DNA from: Lyngbya sp. CCAP 1446/10
GTDB lineage: Bacteria; Cyanobacteriota; Cyanobacteriia; Cyanobacteriales; Microcoleaceae
Length of the DNA: 32,000 nucleotides
Assembly (NCBI RefSeq): GCF_026130175.1
Contig: NZ_JAIGNI010000057.1
Span: 1-32,000, forward strand
Direction of reading: 5' to 3'
Position numbers and translations under genes: made by a program. Below are positions 25,756-32,000 of this stretch, piece by piece (positions within the stretch are counted from its first letter, which is position 1; each line of letters opens with the position of its first letter). Under the pieces are notes generated by a model. That model searched no databases. It was not told the origin of the DNA and saw only the letters and a program-made list of their open reading frames with translations.

Positions 25756-26175
25756 ATGATGCTGTTGGGATTGCCTGTGTCGGTTATTCTGCTTGATTGT
25801 ATTGCTGCTGCTGCTGCGCTGGTTTATGCACCGTTTTTGGTGGTTGCCCTCGCTCGCTTGCAGCTAGGTTACGATCAAGCAGCACCTCGCGCTATGTTTG
25901 AGAGCTTGCCTGCTTACGCTCAGCGGGCAACTTGGGCTCACCAAAATTCGTTTGAGACGTTTATGCTGTTTTCAGCGGCGGCTTTGATGGCTTTTGTGAC
26001 AGGAGTAGATTCGGAGGCGGCGGGCTGGGCTGCGATCGCTTTTCCTCTAGCCCGGTTGTTGTTTTCGGTTTTCTATATTCTGAATGTGCCTCTGGGGCGA
26101 TCGCTCATGTTTGCGATTAGTTCTTCTTGCGCTGTTTCTTTATTCTATATCAGTTTGATGGCTGTGAATGGCTAA
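25756..26175 (+). CDS. MAPEG-family membrane protein
   Basis: 139 aa, four hydrophobic helices. [16 protein letters not shown] motif region ([16 protein letters not shown]). Confidence 0.7.
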   Translation: MMLLGLPVSVILLDCIAAAAALVYAPFLVVALARLQLGYDQAAPRAMFESLPAYAQRATWAHQNSFETFMLFSAAALMAFVTGVDSEAAGWAAIAFPLARLLFSVFYILNVPLGRSLMFAISSSCAVSLFYISLMAVNG

Positions 26176-26247
26176 TTGTCAGTTGTCAGAAAGAAGAAGG
26201 AAGAAGGAAGAAGGAAGAAGGAAGAGGGAAGAGGGAAGAAGGAAGAA
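26176..26247. repeat. (TTGTCAG) x2 followed by a 60-nt pure polypurine array, about 8 units of GAAGGAA/GAAGAGG
   Basis: ttgtcag ttgtcag at 26176-26189. An all-purine run spans 26188-26247. Confidence 0.9.
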
Positions 26248-26256
26248 TATTTTAAA

Positions 26257-26363
26257 TTCCCAATTCCCAATTCCCAATTCCCAATTCCCAATTCCCAATT
26301 CCCAATTCCCAATTCCCAATTCCCAATTCCCAATTCCCAATTCCCAATTCCCAATTCCCAATT
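26257..26363. repeat. (TTCCCAA) x15 perfect heptamer array
   Basis: 15 uninterrupted units at 26257-26361 plus tt. The array ends 10 nt before the yajQ ATG. Confidence 0.95.
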
Positions 26364-26371
26364 ACTAATTT

Positions 26372-26863
26372 ATGGCTGCTAATTATTCATTCGATATTGT
26401 CAGCGAGTTCGATCGACAAGAATTAGTTAACGCTGTTGACCAAACAGTGCGAGAAATTCAAAGCCGCTACGATTTAAAAGATACCAAAACAACCGTAGAA
26501 TTGGGCGAAGAATCAATCACTGTTAATACCGACAGCGAATTTACTCTCGATGCGGTTCACACTGTTTTGCAAACTAAAGCCGCCAAGCGGAATTTATCTT
26601 TGAAAATTTTTGATTACGGCAAAATTGATCCTGCTAGCGGCAGCCGCGTCCGTCAAGAAATTAAACTAAAAAAAGGACTAACTCAAGAAATCGCCAAACA
26701 GATTACTAAGTTAATCCGCGATGAGTTCAAAAAAATTCAAGGTTCGATTCAAGGCGATTCAGTGCGGGTTTCTGCTAAAGATAAGGATGATTTGCAGTTG
26801 GTGATTCAACGATTGAAGCAAGAAGATTATCCCGTGGCTTTGCAGTTTAACAATTACCGGTAA
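26372..26863 (+). CDS. yajQ: YajQ-family (UPF0234) nucleotide / cyclic-di-GMP-binding protein
   Basis: 163 aa. [33 protein letters not shown] is the canonical YajQ N-terminus. Confidence 0.9.
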   Translation: MAANYSFDIVSEFDRQELVNAVDQTVREIQSRYDLKDTKTTVELGEESITVNTDSEFTLDAVHTVLQTKAAKRNLSLKIFDYGKIDPASGSRVRQEIKLKKGLTQEIAKQITKLIRDEFKKIQGSIQGDSVRVSAKDKDDLQLVIQRLKQEDYPVALQFNNYR

Positions 26864-26864
26864 A

Positions 26865-27848
26865 TTGGTGAAAGCTAAGTATTGGATTGTCAGTTGTGCG
26901 ATCGCATCTTTGAGTGCTATAGAACTTGCCTTGCGCTTGCTCGGATTCGGAAATCCTGCCTTGCTGCAAGCTGATGCGAATGCTGGCTATATATTTGCAC
27001 CAAATCAACTTGTATATCGCTTTGGCAATAGACTTGAGTACAATCAATTTTCTCAGCGTTCTGAACAAATCGATTCAGCAAAGCCTGAAGGTACTCTCAG
27101 AATTTTGATGATAGGAGATTCGGTTCTCAACGGTAATAATACCACCGATCAGCAAGAAACTATTCCAGAATTGTTTGAAGCGCGTTTGTTGGGCATAAAA
27201 AACCAAGTTGAGGTGCTGAATGCTTCTGCAGGTTCTTGGGGAATTGGCAATCAATTGGGATATATTCGCAAGTTTGGCACTTTTGAAAGCGATGCTGTGA
27301 TTTTGCAAATTGGTACTCACGATTTGCTACAACCTCCAAGCAGCAGCGCGGGGGTGGGAAATGACCCGCTGATGCCGAATCGCAAACCGTTATTGGCAAT
27401 TCAAGAAGCGTTTCAAAGACACGTTAGCCCCAAATTGTCAAGTATTTTTGTATCGAATTCTCCTGCGGCGGGAGTGCCGGTGTCGGAATCACAACGGTTT
27501 AGGGAAAATATGCAGCGATTTGAGCAAATAGTTGCTTTGGTGCGAGCTAAGAATATTCCGTTGTTTGTGTTGTATACTTGCGATCGAGCGGATTTACTGC
27601 CGATACCGAATCAGCCAAGGTTTAAATCTGAGTTTGTCGATCGGCTAAAAGCTTTGAAAATTCCAGTCATAGACATTCACGTAGCCTGGTCAAAATTGCC
27701 GAAAACCACGGTAGAAAGTTATTTTCGGGATGGCGTACACCCCACAGCCCCAGCCTATGAATCAATCGCAGATTTAGTCTTTCAGCAGTTGTGTACTGAG
27801 AAAAAATTAGCTGCTTGCTCATTAACTAATACCAACTCTGAAAAGTAG
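26865..27848 (+). CDS. SGNH/GDSL-family hydrolase
   Basis: N-terminal hydrophobic helix. Block I ILMIGDSVLNG, block III GTHD, block V DGVHPT. Confidence 0.8.
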   Translation: MVKAKYWIVSCAIASLSAIELALRLLGFGNPALLQADANAGYIFAPNQLVYRFGNRLEYNQFSQRSEQIDSAKPEGTLRILMIGDSVLNGNNTTDQQETIPELFEARLLGIKNQVEVLNASAGSWGIGNQLGYIRKFGTFESDAVILQIGTHDLLQPPSSSAGVGNDPLMPNRKPLLAIQEAFQRHVSPKLSSIFVSNSPAAGVPVSESQRFRENMQRFEQIVALVRAKNIPLFVLYTCDRADLLPIPNQPRFKSEFVDRLKALKIPVIDIHVAWSKLPKTTVESYFRDGVHPTAPAYESIADLVFQQLCTEKKLAACSLTNTNSEK

Positions 27849-28153
27849 TGCCACACATATATTTTACGCGATCGTCTGTAAGCAAACGGTATTGCCCTTT
27901 CCCGATCCCGATCGGCGAATTTCAATAATTGGTAAAAAATTTAATTGTGTAGCAATATCTAATCGAAATTGATTTTAAATATCTAAATTCATGACTCTTT
28001 TAGTCTCAAGTTTACCCGCACTTACTGCAAGTTGGTCGCACTTAACCGACGTAAATCCTGTGGCGCTGACTGCCGATGAAAAACCAAGTTTCTGCGTCTA
28101 GGACTATACTTTACATTTTTTAAAGTGGATCTATTTAGCTGCCGAAAGATGGG

Positions 28154-28639
28154 ATGAACATCAGGATGTCTGTGATGGATGGCGGCGAAGCCACAAAATA
28201 CGTCAAATATATCACCAAAGGCAATGCTACAGCTATAATTGCTTTAACCGCGAGTGTGTTGGAAGAAGAAAAGGCGATCGGGCTTTCAGCCGGTTGTGAT
28301 GACTTCCTTCGCAAACCCTTCGTTGAACACAGTATTTTTGATGCACTAGCTAAGCATTTGGGAGTCAAATATATCTATGCAGAAACAATATCTCCTGTCT
28401 TGGATGATACAGAAAAAAGCCCATTGACATCGGAAGATTTAAGCTGTATGAATCAAGAATGGATTAGTCAACTATACGAAGCTGCACTTGAGGCAAATAC
28501 TAACCTCGTGTTACAAGTCGTAGGAGAAATTCCTCAAACAGAAACTCGTTTGATAAAATCCCTAACAAAACTTGCCAGTGAATTTAAGTTTGAGCAGATT
28601 CTTGATTTAGTTGAACCCCTAATAAGCAATGAATCTTAA
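28154..28639 (+). pseudogene. 3' remnant of a hybrid sensor kinase (second half of a receiver domain plus a helical C-terminal module)
   Basis: Begins inside the receiver beta3 region (NIRMSVMDGGEAT...AIIALTASVLEEEK..GCDDFLRKPF). In-frame TAG at 28136-38. No HisKA/HATPase or receiver beta1-beta2 upstream. VDLF is readable in another frame just upstream. Confidence 0.5.
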
Positions 28640-29999
28640 TTCGGAAATCGAAAAGAAAGGTAATATTCTAATTGTAGACGATCTTCTAGAAAATCTACAA
28701 TTACTAAGCGATGCGCTCCTCAAACTCGGCTACACTGTTCGCAGCGTCACCAGTGGGCGAATGGCAATGAAAACGGTGAAGGTAAAGCGACCAGATGTGA
28801 TACTTTTAGATGTTAAGATGCCAGAAATGGATGGTTATCAAGTCTGTAGAACTCTCAAAGCCGATGCAGATTTTAGCCACATTCCAGTGATTTTCATTAG
28901 TGCTTTAGATGATGTCTTCGACAAAGTAACCGCCTTTGATTCAGGGGCTATAGACTACATCACCAAACCATTTCAAATCGAAGAAGTAGTGGCGCGTCTG
29001 GAAAATCAGTTAACGATTCAACGCCAGCAACAGCTTCTGGAACAAGAAAACATTAAGCGCCGGGAAGCAGAAGAGGTACTTTATCAATCGAGGGCTTTAC
29101 TGGCTAGTGTTTTGAATAGTTCCCTTGATGGTATTGCGGCAATGCAGGCTGTTCTTAACCCCCAAACAGGGGAGATTGAAGATTTTCGGTGTTTAGTTGT
29201 CAACCCCGTGATTGCTAGAGCTTTTAAATGCAGTAGTGAAGAGATGATTGGCAAATTGGTACTAAAAAACTTTTTGAACAATATTGATCTAGAATTATTT
29301 AATCGCTTCGTTAATATTGTTGAGACGGGGGAATCTTTAGAACAGAATTTTTACTATGAATCGGAAAAATCTTGCTGGTTTCACTTCGTAGCAGTTAAGT
29401 TAGGAGATGGTTTTTCTGTTACTATTCGTGATATTACCGCCCGCAAACAAATAGAATTGGCTCTCCAAGATGCCAATCAAAAATTAGAAGAACTGGTAAA
29501 TATCGATGGTTTGACTCAGGTGGCTAACCGTCGCTGTTTCAACAATCGCCTTCAAAGTGAATGGCAACGCCTAGCGCGAGAAAATCAGCCACTTTCTCTA
29601 ATTTTATTGGACGTTGATAAATTCAAATCCTACAACGACTACTATGGTCATTTGGCTGGCGATGATTGCTTAATTAGAATAGGTCAAACATTACAAAAAG
29701 TAGTCCGTCGTCCCACCGATTTAGCAGCGCGTTACGGTGGCGAAGAATTTGTGATACTCCTCCCGAATACGGATTTAGAAGGAGGGATTAAGGTGGCACA
29801 AAACATTCAAGAAGAAATTCACAATCTGGCGATTCCTCATGCAGAGTCTGACGTGAAGGAAATCGTCACAGTTAGTTTGGGTATTTCCTCAGTCATACCC
29901 ACCTTGGAAGTTCAACCAGATACACTGGTAGCCTTTGCAGACAAAGCTTTGTACGATGCGAAACAACAGGGGCGCGATCGCTGGAGTACAAATTGTTGA
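28629..29999 (+). CDS. Response regulator with REC-PAS-GGDEF architecture (diguanylate cyclase)
   Basis: ILIVDD...LLDVKMPEMDG...KP (REC). Coiled linker. PAS-like segment. DVDKFKSYND, RYGGEEF with an I-site-like RPTD five residues upstream. Confidence 0.9.
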   Translation: MNLNSEIEKKGNILIVDDLLENLQLLSDALLKLGYTVRSVTSGRMAMKTVKVKRPDVILLDVKMPEMDGYQVCRTLKADADFSHIPVIFISALDDVFDKVTAFDSGAIDYITKPFQIEEVVARLENQLTIQRQQQLLEQENIKRREAEEVLYQSRALLASVLNSSLDGIAAMQAVLNPQTGEIEDFRCLVVNPVIARAFKCSSEEMIGKLVLKNFLNNIDLELFNRFVNIVETGESLEQNFYYESEKSCWFHFVAVKLGDGFSVTIRDITARKQIELALQDANQKLEELVNIDGLTQVANRRCFNNRLQSEWQRLARENQPLSLILLDVDKFKSYNDYYGHLAGDDCLIRIGQTLQKVVRRPTDLAARYGGEEFVILLPNTDLEGGIKVAQNIQEEIHNLAIPHAESDVKEIVTVSLGISSVIPTLEVQPDTLVAFADKALYDAKQQGRDRWSTNC

Positions 30000-30253
30000 A
30001 AAATCGGGGCGTTTTTTTGAGGAAGGGGGAATTATGCCGTTAGACAGGACTTTTCGCCAGTTGTAATTAATCCTGGTTTGTTCTTTTTCATGGTCAGATG
30101 GTCAAACTTTTGATCATGAAAGTTTGATATTTTCCGTCCCCTGACGCTTCCGCAGAGGGTGGAGATCCTGCCTTTCTCACAGGATGGAAATAGGGTTGGC
30201 TGAAAGAGAAATAAGCTGTAGCTAGGGCTACACATTAAGAATGTAAATCCTAA

Positions 30254-31933
30254 CTAAATATCTAAACCAATGACTGTCAAGTCGGGAGGATGTTCGACAA
30301 CAAACTGGTAATCTAACTCTTGTTTGGCTTGCGGGGGCAGAGACATTATCCATTCCAACATTCCCATTTCACCTGCTACTATCTTCGGATTAGTTTGAGT
30401 CAACCGCACTTTAACTTGTTCATTGCGGCTGACTGGTAGTTGCTCTTTCAATGTCAAGTTTACAGGCAGTTGCTGCAAGTTGGTCACAATTAACCGATAA
30501 GCGTAACTCGTGCGCCGCTGATTCCCGATCAGTTTTTTATCTACTTGTCTTTCCACTAATTCTCGCTCGATTTTTAGTCCTTCATCTATTCCTAAATTCA
30601 GCTTGAATTCTTGGCCAGGGGAAATATTTGCTAGCTGTAAAGTACCTACGAAAGTGTTGTCGCGAAAGATATTTGCTTGACCGGGCAGGAGAGTTGCACC
30701 TGTCATTGGATTGGTGACAATTGCTTGCAAATAAGCAAAGCTGACTAAACGCGGAACGGCTATGTATTGAAGTTGGGAGGGATAATTTTCGCTGAAAATA
30801 GTGACTTTGTGCGGCGTGCCGTCGCTGGGAATATTGGTATTTCCTCCTACTTGAAAGGTGACTGTGCCGCCTGCTTTAGATACTGTTGCTGTGGCGGTTT
30901 GAGCTGCTATGGGTTCGGGTGCGGGAGCGCTGCCACCAACAGCCATCATGTCTAATTGCTCCTCGTCTTCCATCTCAGATTCCATGAAATTGTCATACAC
31001 TGCTGACGTTTCTGGTTTCGCACTTCGTTCCATCCGCGCTCTGGGAAAGCCTTGGCTTTGAGCAGATTTTGGGCGAACAATATCGATAAACCAGGGTTGG
31101 AGTTTGGGCGGCAAAGTTCCCATTCCGGGTTTTGCTGTTGATAAAGTTAGCGCTACTCCCGTCCAATCTTCGCCTGTATTTTGATTTACTTCGGCTAGGT
31201 AATTGAGATTGATTTGGTTGTTGGTAGTATCTATTCGCAAGTCGTAAAGGGGAGTCCAACGGGCTTGGGTTACTACATAGGAAATTTCGAGTTCAAAATT
31301 GCCGCTGCCGCTTGGTTCGATCGCCACAATGATGTTAAAACTTTTCTGGGAATGGGGAGTTTGTAGTTGGCGCAACTGCTGGCGCAAAGCTTCTATTTGC
31401 TTGTCTAATTCGCGCTGCTGTCTTTCGTGTTGCCCGATCGCACTTACGTACTTTTTATAATTGCTGCCTAAAAAATTGAGCAATTCTCCGGTTTCGTTCA
31501 AACCAATTTGCTGTTTGGCGATGCCACTGGCAAAGGAACCGACGCTTTTTGCGCTCAAATTCTCGACAAAGTTGAGTTGAATTATTCGCGCGGCGATTTG
31601 GTCTTTTATGGCGCGTTTTTGGGTTTCTAATTCTTGGATTTGGTGGGTTAATTCGGCGATGCGATCGCCCGTAGGTTCGCTGCTAAACACTGTTTCGCTA
31701 CGCACTCCCAGCAATCGCACGGCGACTGTACCCGCGCCGGTGGCCCTGACTGACTCTGTTTCGAGGGTTGTGGGGAGGGAGGCGATCGTCAATTCGCGCT
31801 CGTTTCCCGTCAGGGCTACTGTGCCGCGGCGGGTGATCAGGGCGCGATCGGTGTACGCGGTAACTTCGGAAATTTGCGACTCTACTATTTTGATATTATC
31901 GCGATCGAGTAAATTTGAATCAGTCATTGCCAC
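30254..31933 (-). CDS. DUF4140/DUF4139 (MuiA-like) protein
   Basis: 559 aa. N-terminal ISEVTAYTDRALITRRGTVAL...LPTTLETESVRATG. Central coiled coil. C-terminal beta-rich domain. GTG start at 31933 or ATG at 31927. Confidence 0.8.
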   Translation of the reverse strand: MAMTDSNLLDRDNIKIVESQISEVTAYTDRALITRRGTVALTGNERELTIASLPTTLETESVRATGAGTVAVRLLGVRSETVFSSEPTGDRIAELTHQIQELETQKRAIKDQIAARIIQLNFVENLSAKSVGSFASGIAKQQIGLNETGELLNFLGSNYKKYVSAIGQHERQQRELDKQIEALRQQLRQLQTPHSQKSFNIIVAIEPSGSGNFELEISYVVTQARWTPLYDLRIDTTNNQINLNYLAEVNQNTGEDWTGVALTLSTAKPGMGTLPPKLQPWFIDIVRPKSAQSQGFPRARMERSAKPETSAVYDNFMESEMEDEEQLDMMAVGGSAPAPEPIAAQTATATVSKAGGTVTFQVGGNTNIPSDGTPHKVTIFSENYPSQLQYIAVPRLVSFAYLQAIVTNPMTGATLLPGQANIFRDNTFVGTLQLANISPGQEFKLNLGIDEGLKIERELVERQVDKKLIGNQRRTSYAYRLIVTNLQQLPVNLTLKEQLPVSRNEQVKVRLTQTNPKIVAGEMGMLEWIMSLPPQAKQELDYQFVVEHPPDLTVIGLDI

Positions 31934-32000
31934 TAATCCCTTTACGAAACTCCTTTAATGCTTCCAAAGGCGAAGCAAACAAAATGCAGCGCTTCAACAA

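Noticed and set aside
26168-26382. Four 60-68-aa ORFs across the heptamer arrays (FPIPNSQ, GIGNWEL repeats)
   Set aside because: The same artefact applies: pure translation of (TTCCCAA)n and (GAAGGAA)n in several frames and on both strands.

Overview
This 32-kb chromosomal window looks like a filamentous, Oscillatoriales-type cyanobacterium. I hand-counted at least 20 exact copies of the HIP1 octamer GCGATCGC. Intergenic DNA is full of heptanucleotide (STRR-type) tandem repeats, and the gene content fits (DUF1400, DRTGG/Pta-N-like, sucCD, yajQ). I support about 30 protein genes and found no rRNA, tRNA or CRISPR.

The core-looking genes are typA/bipA, sucD-sucC, a membrane GT2 glycosyltransferase, a DRTGG protein, a DprA-like Rossmann protein, MAPEG, yajQ, an SGNH hydrolase, a REC-PAS-GGDEF regulator and a DUF4139/MuiA-like protein.

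Three patches differ in composition from these (hand counts of single 60-nt lines only):
- (i) 233-2378: a GC-rich serine hydrolase plus SDR pair.
- (ii) ~4.5-6.9 kb: an AT-rich cassette with a decayed RelB/DinJ-like gene, a small ORF with an amber stop, a 178-aa unknown protein, a ParA-like ATPase and a small partner with a SAP/HeH-like (helix-extension-helix) motif.
- (iii) 9.75-17.4 kb: an island of AraC, cupin, cyclophilin-like, SDR, Zn-ADH, SDR and TMEM175-like genes that ends in aldo/keto-reductase relics.

The top finding sits inside island (iii). It is an AT-rich, HIP1-free, apparently intact IscB gene (OMEGA-class RNA-guided nuclease, split RuvC plus HNH) with no TnpA in the window. 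It is preceded by ~415 bp of stem-rich non-coding DNA that is the candidate omega-RNA (HEARO class).

Other points worth a second look:
- Direct copies of a composite GGGCATT-type repeat element bracket the GT2 gene.
- The MAPEG-yajQ spacer is built almost entirely from three heptamer arrays.
- The same GAAGGAA purine array follows two stop codons in mRNA sense.
- sucC carries a low-complexity linker expansion.
- An AKR 5' relic appears to have been reused as a coupled uORF.
- A truncated hybrid-kinase remnant is still coupled to the GGDEF regulator.

All coordinates of repeats and stems were counted by hand. Functional calls rest on motifs readable in the translations, not on database searches.
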